From a virus, in IMG/VR virus record IMGVR_UViG_3300027759_000056, positions 32,001 through 96,000 of that record: a DNA stretch of 64,000 bases; one strand, given 5' to 3'. The first letter of the stretch is position 1. Each line of letters opens with the position of its first letter. A program made the position numbers and the translations under genes. The notes beneath the pieces were generated by a model that saw only the letters and a list, made by a program, of their open reading frames with translations, had not been told where the DNA came from and searched no databases. Of this stretch, positions 34,476 through 44,823 are shown piece after piece.

Positions 34476-36275
34476 ATGTACAAAATATTTTTACAAGAAG
34501 GTAAGAAAGAAGATGCCATCCAAAAGGTAAAAGAAATGTTTTCATCTCCTGAGGATGCTGAGATGATTAACAAAATTTTTGATGCTACGTCAAGTTTGGG
34601 AACCAAGTTTATTCCGTTTGTTGAGAACGAAACCAAAAGATATTTGATTGACCAAAATACAGATATTAATGATTTTATTAATCTACTTATAAGTAGACTT
34701 AGGTCATTTATCAAAAACAATGCTAAAATTACATCTGAAGTCATTGGTACAACCAAAGAATTGTGGGATAGTATTGAATCAAGAGCATTTCCAAAGTTAG
34801 ACGTTGTATTAAACGCACCAAAAGATATTAATTCGTATAATATTGATTCATTGGGTTATTTGACACAAGCTCTTTCAATGATTTCATCCAAAAGAGAAAA
34901 AGAACGTGAGGCGAAAAAAGAGGCTGAAAGAGTATTTGAAGATGGTGATGTGATAGGAATTAGAGCCATCACACATAATGCTTCTTGTTATTATGGTTCA
35001 GGTACACGTTGGTGTACTGCGGGACAACAGCCCGATTATTTTAACAAATACACCAGAGATGGTAAACTTTATTACTTTATTGACAAATCAAATAGAAGAC
35101 AAAAGATTGCTTTATATATTAAAGACGGTGACCCAACTGTGTATGATGCTGCGGACACTGGACATGATGTGGATTTTCTATACCATGTTTATCCTGAGGT
35201 TGAGAATTTTGTTATTGAAAAATTATTGGGTGGTGGAAAAGTAAAAGCAGGATTTGAAAGAATTAAAGACGGAACCATTTCAAGTTGGAATGCTGATAGG
35301 GTGGACCCATTAATCACCAGTTACAATAGAGATAATGAGGATAATGTCACTTTAAATTTAGATTTTAACGGAAGAGATAACGATTATTTTGATTTATTTG
35401 AGTGGAACGAAGGTGACGGTGATAGAATGTACTTAGATATTTCATTATCTAGTTACGGTACAGGTGACATTTTTGATAGTTATTATGGTGAAGAAGAATG
35501 GAAAGATGGATATATGTATTCTTATTTTGATGACGAACAAATGAAAAGACTTCAAACGTATATGAAGATTATTAATCCAAAATTATATGAATGTACGTTG
35601 GGATTAAAAGAATATGGTAATGATGACTGTAAAATTAAAGTTTCCGAATTCTTATCAAAGACATTTGAAAATGCCGTTGATAACATAACCAGTGAATATA
35701 CTTATGACATGAATGCTGATACCGAACGAGGTATTAAAGAATATTTGGAAAGAGATTATTCAAATATGTTTGCCGAATATGGATTACCAATGACGGGTAC
35801 TTTTTATAAAAAAACTGTCAAATTAGACGACCTTATAAAAACATATCAAAAATACAATCCAAAGTTTAATATTGGAATTTATGGATTATTAAGAAGAATT
35901 ATTAATCTTGAAAATATTGACCCCCCAAGTATTGCAGATAGTGTATATGAGTTTAGAACTGGTAATTATGAATATAGTAGTACCAACAGTGCCATAGAAA
36001 AATTATTGGACACTATGGAAGAAACTATCAATGAAAATGAAAATATAACAGGTGATTATGTTGACCATTATGATTTTATCAAAAAATTGGGTGGTTTTGA
36101 TGAGTGGATTGATATGCCTGGTGACAAAAGATACATGTTAAAAATCACCGATTTGGACATGGAAGATGATAGGGTAACGTTTGCACTACAAAATAGGGAG
36201 ACAAGGGATTTCAAAAAAATGAGATTACCGTTTGAAAAATTCAAAGATTTTATTTATAATCTGCAACTTTTTTGA
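34476..36275 (+). CDS. probable head-packaged protein with 'YGSGTRWCT' domain
   Basis: MYKIFLQEGKKED; ASCYYGSGTRWCTA; TATTTAT upstream. Confidence 0.6.
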   Translation: MYKIFLQEGKKEDAIQKVKEMFSSPEDAEMINKIFDATSSLGTKFIPFVENETKRYLIDQNTDINDFINLLISRLRSFIKNNAKITSEVIGTTKELWDSIESRAFPKLDVVLNAPKDINSYNIDSLGYLTQALSMISSKREKEREAKKEAERVFEDGDVIGIRAITHNASCYYGSGTRWCTAGQQPDYFNKYTRDGKLYYFIDKSNRRQKIALYIKDGDPTVYDAADTGHDVDFLYHVYPEVENFVIEKLLGGGKVKAGFERIKDGTISSWNADRVDPLITSYNRDNEDNVTLNLDFNGRDNDYFDLFEWNEGDGDRMYLDISLSSYGTGDIFDSYYGEEEWKDGYMYSYFDDEQMKRLQTYMKIINPKLYECTLGLKEYGNDDCKIKVSEFLSKTFENAVDNITSEYTYDMNADTERGIKEYLERDYSNMFAEYGLPMTGTFYKKTVKLDDLIKTYQKYNPKFNIGIYGLLRRIINLENIDPPSIADSVYEFRTGNYEYSSTNSAIEKLLDTMEETINENENITGDYVDHYDFIKKLGGFDEWIDMPGDKRYMLKITDLDMEDDRVTFALQNRETRDFKKMRLPFEKFKDFIYNLQLF

Positions 36276-36308
36276 TAATTCATAATTTTGTTGTATCTTT
36301 GTGGTAAG

Positions 36309-37133
36309 ATGAACAGATTAGATTTATTAGAAAAAGTCCTTAGCGTCCCAACAGCTACGTATCATGAAGAGTATATGGTGGAATTTATTTCCAACTGGCT
36401 TAAGGAAAACAACATTCCATACGTAGTGGACGAAATGATGAACATTTATGCAACCAAAACAAGTGAAGGTTTTGAAGGAAAACTTTATCCATGTATGGTT
36501 GCCCATACCGACACTGTTCACGGAATGAACGAGATTGTTGTTCACACGGAAACTTTACCTGACTATGAAGGAAACCTTAAAGTTTGTCTTAAGGGTTACA
36601 CACCTGAAGGAAAAGAAACAGGTATTGGTGGTGATGACAAGTGTGGTGTGTTCGGAGCAATGTCGGCTCTGTTGGATTTACCACACGTAAAAGCGGCGTT
36701 CTTTGTTAGTGAAGAAACAGGATGTTGGGGTTCTCGTAAAGCTGACCCAAATTTCTTTGTTGATGTAGCTTACGCAATTCAGTTGGACGCACCGTTGAAC
36801 TACATGGTTACTGAAGTTTGTTCTGGTGTACGTTTATTTGACCGTGAGAGTGAATTCTTCACCATTGTTGATAAGGTATTAGATGAATATATGCCAACAC
36901 GTCAATACATGGTTCACCCATACACAGACGTTTCTCAGTTAAAGATGAAGTTTGATTTCTCATGTATCAACATTTCTTGTGGGTATTACAATTACCACAG
37001 ACCAAGTGAGTATGTTGTAATTGATGATTTGGATAACTCAATCAAGACCGCTTATGCGATGATTGATAAACTTGGATATAAAAAATATGAGTTCTTATTT
37101 GATAAGGAACTCATGAGGAATGGTTGGTATTAA
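36309..37133 (+). CDS. M20/M28-family zinc peptidase
   Basis: VAHTDTV, GIGGDDKCG, SEETGCWGS, GYYNYH. Confidence 0.8.
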   Translation: MNRLDLLEKVLSVPTATYHEEYMVEFISNWLKENNIPYVVDEMMNIYATKTSEGFEGKLYPCMVAHTDTVHGMNEIVVHTETLPDYEGNLKVCLKGYTPEGKETGIGGDDKCGVFGAMSALLDLPHVKAAFFVSEETGCWGSRKADPNFFVDVAYAIQLDAPLNYMVTEVCSGVRLFDRESEFFTIVDKVLDEYMPTRQYMVHPYTDVSQLKMKFDFSCINISCGYYNYHRPSEYVVIDDLDNSIKTAYAMIDKLGYKKYEFLFDKELMRNGWY

Positions 37134-37233
37134 TATAAAAGGGTCTTAACGACCCTTTTTTTATGCTTATAACTTAACAAAAAAAATGGGGTCAATGACC
37201 CCACTTTTATTACCGATAAGGAATATTATTCAC

Positions 37234-39228
37234 TTATTTGATGATTACCTTATCAGATTTTACCGATAGGGAATATTGTTTACCCTCAACCACGTTCCCG
37301 TTCAAAACTTCTTCTGACACCAAATCTTCCACTTGGTCCTGAATGGCCCTTTTGATATGACGAGCTCCATATGTATCATCAAAACCAACCTTGGAGATGT
37401 GAGATACCAATTTATCGTCAAACTTGAATACAAGTTTCAATTCACCCAAACGTTTAATCAATTTTCCCAATTCAATATTAACAATTTGTTTGATTGATTC
37501 TTCATTCAAAGAGTTGAATACGATTGTATCATCAATACGGTTCAAGAACTCAGGAGAGAAATAATTCTTCATTTCTTTCTTCAGGATATCTTTCTTCTGT
37601 TCTTCATTTGAATATGAATTGCTTGAGAAACCAATACCAGCACCAAAGTCTTGTAGTTTCTTAACCCCAATGTTTGATGTCATAATAATCAAACAATTTT
37701 TGAAGTTAATCTTTCTACCCAAAGAATCTGTAAGGTGACCTTCATCCAACATCTGAAGAAGTGTGTGGAAGATTTCTTTGTTTGCCTTTTCCACTTCATC
37801 AAACAAGATTACAGAATAAGGTTTGTTCTTAACTTGTTCAGTCAATTGTCCACCTTCTTCATAACCCACGTAACCTGGAGGGGAACCAATCAAACGAGAG
37901 ATGGAATGTTTCTCTTGGTACTCACTCATGTCCACACGGATAAGATTATCCACCGAACCAAAGATTTGTTTTGCGAGTTGTTTAGCCAAGTGAGTTTTAC
38001 CAACACCAGTTGAACCCAAGAAAATGAATGAACCAATTGGTTTGTTTGGGTCTTTAATACCCAAACGGTTTCTACGGATTGCTTTAGCAATTTTGGTAAC
38101 CGCTTCTTCTTGTCCAATAACGTCTTTTTGGAGAGATTTTTCCAAATCAATCAAGGATGTTTTATCGTCAGTTGACAATTTGTTTACTGGAATTTTGGTC
38201 ATTGAAGATACAACCGTCAAAACCAATTCAGGGTCAATTTCCTTACGGTTGGCAGCTTGTTCATCTTCAAACTTTTTCTTTTCAAGTTCCAAACGTTCCA
38301 ACAATTTCTTTTCTTTATCACGAATTGCCGCCGCTTCTTCAAATTGTTGAGATTTAACAACATTAATTTTTTGTTGTTGAAGTTCTTTTGCTTTTTGACG
38401 CAAAATCTCAATTGACTCAGGAGTTTTAACATCCACTTGAGAACGAGCACCCACTTCATCCAAGATGTCAAATGCTTTATCAGGGAACTCACGGTCCGTG
38501 ATGTAACGGTCCGCCAAGTTTACACACATTTCCAATACCTCAGGTGTGTATGTTACTTTGTGATATTCTTCGTACTTGTCTTTTACGTTGGTGATGATTT
38601 TCAAGGTTTCTTCCTTGTTTGGTGAATCAACCACAACTTTTTGGAAACGACGCTCAAGTGCTCCGTCTTTTTCAAAGTTGGTTCTATATTCATCCAAAGT
38701 TGTTGCTCCGATACATTGGATTTCACCACGAGCAAGTGCTGGTTTGAAGATGTTGGAACCGTCCATTGAACCTGATGAGTTACCAGCCCCCACCAATGTG
38801 TGGATTTCATCGATGAAAATAATGATGTCAGGGTTTTCACTCAACTCTTCAATAATCACTTTCATACGTTCTTCAAATTGTCCACGGTATTTTGTACCTG
38901 CAACAATTGATGTTAAGTCCAAAAGAACAATACGTTTATCTTTTAGATTACGAGGACATTCCCCGTTAAAGATTTTCATGGCAAGACCTTCCACAATCGC
39001 AGTTTTACCACAACCTGGCTCACCTATAATGATGGGGTTGTTTTTCTTCCTACGTGAAAGAATCTGTGCAATACGATTAATCTCCATTTCTCTGCCAATC
39101 ACAGGGTCTAATTTACCCTCCGAGGCCATTTTAATTAGGTCTTTTGAGAAGTTGTCCAAAACAGGTGTTCCACCTGATTTACGTTTTGACTTCTGTGAAC
39201 CTTCGTTGTTATCAATAGAATCTATCAT
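37234..39228 (-). CDS. clpC: Clp/Hsp100 AAA+ ATPase, ClpC-like, lacking the N-terminal Clp repeat domain
   Basis: Two Walker A motifs (GEPGCGKT, GSTGVGKT), UVR-type middle domain, GAGIGF ClpP-docking loop. Confidence 0.88.
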   Translation of the reverse strand: MIDSIDNNEGSQKSKRKSGGTPVLDNFSKDLIKMASEGKLDPVIGREMEINRIAQILSRRKKNNPIIIGEPGCGKTAIVEGLAMKIFNGECPRNLKDKRIVLLDLTSIVAGTKYRGQFEERMKVIIEELSENPDIIIFIDEIHTLVGAGNSSGSMDGSNIFKPALARGEIQCIGATTLDEYRTNFEKDGALERRFQKVVVDSPNKEETLKIITNVKDKYEEYHKVTYTPEVLEMCVNLADRYITDREFPDKAFDILDEVGARSQVDVKTPESIEILRQKAKELQQQKINVVKSQQFEEAAAIRDKEKKLLERLELEKKKFEDEQAANRKEIDPELVLTVVSSMTKIPVNKLSTDDKTSLIDLEKSLQKDVIGQEEAVTKIAKAIRRNRLGIKDPNKPIGSFIFLGSTGVGKTHLAKQLAKQIFGSVDNLIRVDMSEYQEKHSISRLIGSPPGYVGYEEGGQLTEQVKNKPYSVILFDEVEKANKEIFHTLLQMLDEGHLTDSLGRKINFKNCLIIMTSNIGVKKLQDFGAGIGFSSNSYSNEEQKKDILKKEMKNYFSPEFLNRIDDTIVFNSLNEESIKQIVNIELGKLIKRLGELKLVFKFDDKLVSHISKVGFDDTYGARHIKRAIQDQVEDLVSEEVLNGNVVEGKQYSLSVKSDKVIIK

Positions 39229-39283
39229 AGTCGTTTTTATTTCTGTTACAAATATACAATATCTTTTCCAAAAAAACCAATAC

Positions 39284-39317
39284 TGACAAATTGTCATATT
39301 TACCTGACATTATGTCA
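39284..39317. promoter_or_regulatory. tandem palindromic operators TGACA-N3-TGTCA
   Basis: TGACAaatTGTCA 39284-39296 and TGACAttaTGTCA 39305-39317, 21 bp apart, between divergent genes. Confidence 0.65.
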
Positions 39318-39390
39318 TAATCATTGATTTGGCATTTTTTTTATTGTATACTGTACAAAGATAAACTAAAAAAGTGTAATTATAAAAGAT

Positions 39391-39843
39391 ATGTTTAATT
39401 TATTTGGAAGAAATCACGGAAAGTCATTAAAACAACTAATGGACGAACTAAACGAAATGATGAATGACGACTGGTCCTCATTCACCCGTATGGACATAAA
39501 CGAATTAAAAGGTACTGACGAATTGGGTGAATTTGAAACCGAAACGTTTGAATCTCCTGATGGTTCTATGAAATATACAATTAGAACCTATAAGATTGGT
39601 GGTTCACCTAAACCCAACAAAGAAGAACGTGGTTCATTGGAATCATTGAAAAAACAACTTGATACCGCAGTTAAAAAAGAAGATTATCAACTCGCAATTT
39701 ACCTTAGAGACAAAATTAAAAATTTTGAAAAAGACCAAGAAGAAATTAAAAAGATTGAAGATGAGTTAAAAGCTTGTGTTGAAGCTCAAGAGTTTGAAAA
39801 GGCGATTGAACTACGAAACCAATTACGAAAAATGAAACCCTAA
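39391..39843 (+). CDS. double UVR (UvrB/C coiled-coil) protein, McsA-C-terminus-like
   Basis: LKKQLDTAVKKEDYQLAIYLRDKIK and LKACVEAQEFEKAIELRNQLR. Confidence 0.75.
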   Translation: MFNLFGRNHGKSLKQLMDELNEMMNDDWSSFTRMDINELKGTDELGEFETETFESPDGSMKYTIRTYKIGGSPKPNKEERGSLESLKKQLDTAVKKEDYQLAIYLRDKIKNFEKDQEEIKKIEDELKACVEAQEFEKAIELRNQLRKMKP

Positions 39844-39896
39844 CTTAACAACCCTCACTTTACAGTGGGGGTTTTTTATTTATACTATTTATTATT

Positions 39897-40142
39897 ATGG
39901 GAGTTAAACATCAAAAAATCGAAGGTACCAAAATCATCAATGAGATTGATTCTACCAACATAGTAAAAACAACTTACGATACTGCAGATAATTCGTTAAT
40001 TGCGGAGTTCAAAAACGGAACAAAATATGAGTACGAACAAGTTCCACACAATGTATATGCGGAATTTAGATTATCAGAATCACAAGGAAAATACTTTAAT
40101 TCAAAAATTTCTAAGGTATATAAATACAAAAAATTACCTTAA
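39897..40142 (+). CDS. KTSC-domain protein
   Basis: STNI..TYD....L.AEFKNG.KYEYEQVP..VY.EF..SESQGKYFN..I. Confidence 0.85.
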   Translation: MGVKHQKIEGTKIINEIDSTNIVKTTYDTADNSLIAEFKNGTKYEYEQVPHNVYAEFRLSESQGKYFNSKISKVYKYKKLP

Positions 40143-40166
40143 TGAATTTCGTGGTATTTATTTAAG

Positions 40167-40919
40167 ATGGATAAATACTACGAAATATTATCTTCGTTTG
40201 GAACACATGATACATTAGACCCAAAAATATGGGACGATGTTGATGGTGATACACCAAAATTAAAACCACAAATCAGAAAAGCATTATTGATGATTGCCGG
40301 AGAATTCTTGGAATTTTTGGGTGAAAATATATTTGTGGACGATGTAAGATTTACGGGTTCCTTAGCCAATTATAATTGGTCAAAATTTTCTGACGTTGAT
40401 TTACACTTATATGTGGACTTTAATCAATTTGATGAAGAAGATAAAGAAGTCTATAAAGAACTATTCCAATTAAAGAAAACTTTATTTAATACAACACATA
40501 ATATTACCGTTAAGGGTTATGAAGTTGAATTATATGCCGAAGATGTAAACGAAGAACATTTCTCAACAGGTGTGTATTCTGTTTTGTTTGACGAGTGGGT
40601 TGAACAACCTGTTAAAGAAGATGTGAAGATTGATAAACAAATGTTGAAAAACAAAGCTCAATCAATGATGGATAAAATTGATACTGTTTTAGATGGGGCC
40701 AAAAAGGAAAATTACGATGAAGCCGTTAAACACATTGACAGTTTCAAAGAAAAATTAAAAAAATATAGAAGTGCTGGATTGGAGAAAGAAGGTGAGTTTT
40801 CTTACGAGAATTTGGTCTTTAAGGTAATGAGAAGAAACGGTTATATCGACAAATTATTTGATTTCAAAAATAAACTTATGGATAAAGAATTATCTATAGA
40901 AACTAAGAATACAGAATAA
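40167..40919 (+). CDS. Pol-beta-superfamily nucleotidyltransferase
   Basis: TGSLANYNWSKFSDVDLH (GS..DxD) and VELY. Confidence 0.7.
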   Translation: MDKYYEILSSFGTHDTLDPKIWDDVDGDTPKLKPQIRKALLMIAGEFLEFLGENIFVDDVRFTGSLANYNWSKFSDVDLHLYVDFNQFDEEDKEVYKELFQLKKTLFNTTHNITVKGYEVELYAEDVNEEHFSTGVYSVLFDEWVEQPVKEDVKIDKQMLKNKAQSMMDKIDTVLDGAKKENYDEAVKHIDSFKEKLKKYRSAGLEKEGEFSYENLVFKVMRRNGYIDKLFDFKNKLMDKELSIETKNTE

Positions 40920-40962
40920 TTCAACAATTTAGTATTATTCGTATATTTATATAGTAAAAATT

Positions 40963-41907
40963 ATGGCATTAGTAACATATTTAATAGCACCTTGTGAAGG
41001 ACCAGCGGCAATTAACGTTGATTTTGATAGTAGTTCACTTCCCGTAGTTGGAGGTAATTACTATTTAACATTTGTTGGGTCAACAGATAGTGGATGTTAT
41101 GAAATTGTTGACACTGCAGAGCCTGGTGTAGGTATTGATGTGGTCGCAACCAAATCAACAAATTATGGTGATTGTGCAACATGTCAAGGTGCCTCAACAC
41201 CAACACCAACACCAAGTGTTACCGCAACTGTTACACCAACTGTAACTAAAACACCTACAGTAACACCAACAAAAACAGTTACACCAAGTGTTACGACAAC
41301 TACAACACCAACCGTAACACCTACTAAAACTGTAACACCGAGTGTGACACCGACCAAAACTGTAACACCTTCGGTAACACCCACAAATACTATTACACCA
41401 ACAGTTACGGCAACTAAAACGCCAACACCAAGTGTGACTAGAACACAAACACCAAGTGTGACTCCAAGTGTTACGGCAACTAAAACGCCAACACCAAGTG
41501 TGACTAGAACACAAACACCAAGTGTGACTCCAAGTGTTACGGCAACTAATACTCAAACACCAACGGTTACTCCAACAAAAACAGTAACTCCAAGTGTTAC
41601 GGCAACTGTAACAAAAACACCAACAGTAACTCCAACAAAAACAGTTACACCAAGTGTTACGGCAACTGTAACAATAACACCTACAAAAACGGCAACACCA
41701 ACACCAACACTTACACAAACACCAACACCAACACCGAGTATGTTTGCATTATCGGCTGGTACTGAGTATTTTGAATGTAGATGGTGTCCAGGTGAAACAC
41801 CAACAATTGAAGCTGTTCCACACGCAGTTTATTCAAACGCTCAAGGAAGAAGTGTTATCCAAGAAAATTCTGTAGCATTAGGTGGATTTAACGGACTAAA
41901 CTCATAA
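40963..41907 (+). CDS. Thr/Pro-repeat (mucin-like) probable virion surface protein
   Basis: About 185 aa of TPSVT/TPTKT repeats flanked by Cys-containing ends. Confidence 0.7.
   Translation: MALVTYLIAPCEGPAAINVDFDSSSLPVVGGNYYLTFVGSTDSGCYEIVDTAEPGVGIDVVATKSTNYGDCATCQGASTPTPTPSVTATVTPTVTKTPTVTPTKTVTPSVTTTTTPTVTPTKTVTPSVTPTKTVTPSVTPTNTITPTVTATKTPTPSVTRTQTPSVTPSVTATKTPTPSVTRTQTPSVTPSVTATNTQTPTVTPTKTVTPSVTATVTKTPTVTPTKTVTPSVTATVTITPTKTATPTPTLTQTPTPTPSMFALSAGTEYFECRWCPGETPTIEAVPHAVYSNAQGRSVIQENSVALGGFNGLNS
41195..41736 (+). repeat. degenerate Thr/Pro tandem repeat with 60-bp duplications
   Basis: Recurrent CCAAGTGTTACGGCAACT and ACACCAACA units. Confidence 0.85.
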
Positions 41908-41928
41908 CAACATAAAAATAATATAAAA

Positions 41929-43386
41929 ATGGCTGACTTAAAACCAATAGGAAGTGAAAAACTTCAAGGACAAGACAAGATAAACAGAATTCTTGAAATC
42001 GCAAGATACAAAGAGAATACTCCATCATCATTAAATGAAACTTCAAGAGTTGAGTTTGAAAGAGTATTAGCTGACGGAAACAATTACGAGATTGTAAAAG
42101 AAAAATCTGGATACGTAATAAAGAAAAAGGTTAACGAATCTTTGGAGTACATTGAACCAATGAAAAATAGAAAACATTATGGTTCATATAGTGCCGCTCT
42201 TAAAAGACTTAACTTAATTGCCGGTGAGGTAAACAGACTTACTGAAAATGAAGAAGAAGTTTCTATGTTCAATTTAGGTGAGCAAAAAAAATTCACATTA
42301 AAAACTCCTAAACCAGCGATGCCGGCACCAACACCTGAATTACCAACACCTCCAGCAGCACCTGAGGTAGGGTCAATGGACGCACCATTAGATGATGCAT
42401 CTCTTGATACACCTGAAGGTGGTGAGGAATTGGATTTTGAAATGGATGCCGAATCACCTGAAGGTGGTGAGGAATTGGATTTTGAAATGGATGCTGATGA
42501 AGAACCAATGGGTGGTGAGGAAGAAGAAGTTACTTTCAAAACAATCCAAAAGTTAACAGGTAAATTGGGTCAGAAAATCAGAATGATGAATGATTCAGTT
42601 GGTATGACTTCTGAAGATGTTAAGTATGTTATAAATTCATTATTGTCAGCTTTGGATTTAAGCAAACTTGACGAAGAAGACCAAGAGGATATCATGGCTA
42701 AATTTGAAGAAGATGCTGAATCGGATTATGATTCAGATATGGATTTTGGTTCTATGGGTGATGATGAGGAAGAAGATGTTGATATGGATATTGAAGAACC
42801 AGTAGATGGTGAAATGGGTGAAGGTATGTATGGTTCATTTAAAAACGATGAATGGTACGATGAAAATGATAGACCATATACAGGTGATTTTGACTTTGAT
42901 TTTGATGAAGAAGAGTTTGACGAACTTGAACCAATGATGAAAAAACATGGTGATAGTAGATGGTTTCAAAAAGGACCTGCTGGTGAAAGAATGTTTAACA
43001 TGTACAAAGAAAAACACGGTCCAATGAAAGTTAGAACAAGAAAAATGGGTGATGAAATGTCTGAAGAAGATAAAATCAACTCACACGTTTCTAGTGTAAT
43101 GGATGAAATTTTCAGTGAATCTAAAATAGATAAAGTTTTATCTTCATATTTTGAAATTACAGAATCTGAAAAGAAAGAAAAAAAACAAAAGTTAAATGAA
43201 AGTAAGAAAGTTGCAGTAAGTTCGATTAAAAGACTTTCAGAAACTATTGAACAAGAATTAGCGGCAGAATTTATCGTAAGAGAAAATTCAAACTATAAAC
43301 TCGTTGGTAAAACAAACAAGAGTAACTTGGTGTTTGAACACAACGGAGAACAAATCAGAGTAACTCCAAAAGGAGAAGTTCTATGA
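41929..43386 (+). CDS. acidic probable head/prohead-associated protein
   Basis: D/E-rich; internal PEGGEELDFEMDA duplication; in the operon leading to terminase. Confidence 0.55.
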   Translation: MADLKPIGSEKLQGQDKINRILEIARYKENTPSSLNETSRVEFERVLADGNNYEIVKEKSGYVIKKKVNESLEYIEPMKNRKHYGSYSAALKRLNLIAGEVNRLTENEEEVSMFNLGEQKKFTLKTPKPAMPAPTPELPTPPAAPEVGSMDAPLDDASLDTPEGGEELDFEMDAESPEGGEELDFEMDADEEPMGGEEEEVTFKTIQKLTGKLGQKIRMMNDSVGMTSEDVKYVINSLLSALDLSKLDEEDQEDIMAKFEEDAESDYDSDMDFGSMGDDEEEDVDMDIEEPVDGEMGEGMYGSFKNDEWYDENDRPYTGDFDFDFDEEEFDELEPMMKKHGDSRWFQKGPAGERMFNMYKEKHGPMKVRTRKMGDEMSEEDKINSHVSSVMDEIFSESKIDKVLSSYFEITESEKKEKKQKLNESKKVAVSSIKRLSETIEQELAAEFIVRENSNYKLVGKTNKSNLVFEHNGEQIRVTPKGEVL

Positions 43387-43781
43387 GTCATCTAATCTAT
43401 ATTAATGGACTTGGTCCAAACTATAGAGGAGATAACATGTATGAATTTATCTTTAGTGATGAACTCGATGTTTGGGGAGATGATTGGGACTCAAAACCAG
43501 CACATGGTTACCCACAACCACCTGAACTAAAATATATAAAAACGGTTGGTACGTTGAAAAAAACAACAATCCAATTAGAACTTATACAAGACTCCGATTT
43601 TATGGGAGTAACAGACGCGATGGAAGATATCATCGCGTTAGCCTGGGAGAAAGATGAAAGTTGTGAAGATGAGACTCGTCTTGTTTTCCGTTTCGGAGAC
43701 TCCGTAGATAAAGTAAAAGATAAACTGTACGAAAGAGACCTCATCTTAGATTTTGATAAAGAAGTCGTTTATGAAAAATAA
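43383..43781 (+). CDS. hypothetical protein
   Basis: Translationally coupled within the head operon. Confidence 0.6.
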   Translation: MSHLIYINGLGPNYRGDNMYEFIFSDELDVWGDDWDSKPAHGYPQPPELKYIKTVGTLKKTTIQLELIQDSDFMGVTDAMEDIIALAWEKDESCEDETRLVFRFGDSVDKVKDKLYERDLILDFDKEVVYEK

Positions 43782-44823
43782 AATACAACAATTAATTAGA
43801 GTTGGATTATCCAAAGAATTATTAAAGAATTTGTCTGAAGGACAAGTTAATCAATTGCACCGCAGAATGATTTCTGAACAAGTGGTACCTTTACCATCAA
43901 AACCATCGTATAAAGTGGGTCCTGAAGGTGGAGAATTACCTAAGTCAGAAAAGGGATATGCCATTAAGAAAAATCAAGATAATTCTATTACCGCAACTCC
44001 AATGGAAAGTGAGATTGATGAAAATCTTGGTACGGATTATCAATCAGGTTATAACGCAGATGAATTTGGTGGTAATTTACCCGTTAATTATAATAACCCT
44101 GAAGATGATAGTGAACCAGATGTAATGGGTAAAAATGATGGTATGCCGACAGAAGGTGAAGTAGGTGAAGGAAAAAAGAAAAAATCTAAATACAATCCTT
44201 GGGCTATTTGTACATCATCTGTTGGTAGAGAAGACAACGATAAATTTGAAAGATGTGTTAAAGATGTTAAAAGAAATGTTAGAGAAGGTAAAAACCCACA
44301 TCAAGTAATTGTTGAAATGGCTTTAGAAAAAATGGTTGAAAAACACATTTCTCCAAGAATGACTAAGGGTGATTTAATTAAAACTTTATCAGAACAGGGA
44401 ATTATCCGTAGACCGATGTCAAATATGAGAATTGGTTTTGTTGATGAAGGAATGGACAAACCAACAAAAAAATCTTATTCTTCTAAAAAAGAAGATATGG
44501 AACAACAAACAAAAGAGGCTCCAACAAGAGTAAAACCTGGTACTAAGGAAAAAGAAAAACCAGGAAAAATGGACCCATTTAAGAATCCAAAACATCAACC
44601 AAAGCCAAAGGCTAAAAAAGATATTGAGGAACAAGTTACTAAAACAGCCCCTCCTGTGGTTAAACCAGGTACAAAAGAAAAACCAAAAACTTCTGACCCG
44701 TTTAAGAACCCAAAACACCAACCAAAACCAAAGGCTTCAACAAAAGCACCAAAAATGGGTACGGTTGAGATACCAGATTATTTAACTTTTGACCAATTAA
44801 AAATTAATTTCAAAGACCAATAA
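43771..44823 (+). CDS. hypothetical protein with basic Pro-rich repeats
   Basis: YNPWAICTSSVG module; 2x KPGTKEK...DPFKNPKHQPKPKA. Confidence 0.6.
   Translation: MKNKIQQLIRVGLSKELLKNLSEGQVNQLHRRMISEQVVPLPSKPSYKVGPEGGELPKSEKGYAIKKNQDNSITATPMESEIDENLGTDYQSGYNADEFGGNLPVNYNNPEDDSEPDVMGKNDGMPTEGEVGEGKKKKSKYNPWAICTSSVGREDNDKFERCVKDVKRNVREGKNPHQVIVEMALEKMVEKHISPRMTKGDLIKTLSEQGIIRRPMSNMRIGFVDEGMDKPTKKSYSSKKEDMEQQTKEAPTRVKPGTKEKEKPGKMDPFKNPKHQPKPKAKKDIEEQVTKTAPPVVKPGTKEKPKTSDPFKNPKHQPKPKASTKAPKMGTVEIPDYLTFDQLKINFKDQ

Noticed and set aside
37735-39286. Plus-strand ORFs opposite clpC, and similar ones opposite terminase, portal and scaffold
   Set aside because: Antisense shadows of biased coding sequence with no recognisable motifs.
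41195-41736. CRISPR-like array, or the antisense Cys/Trp-rich ORF
   Set aside because: The repeats are in-frame Thr/Pro coding repeats with no unique spacers; the antisense ORFs are shadows.
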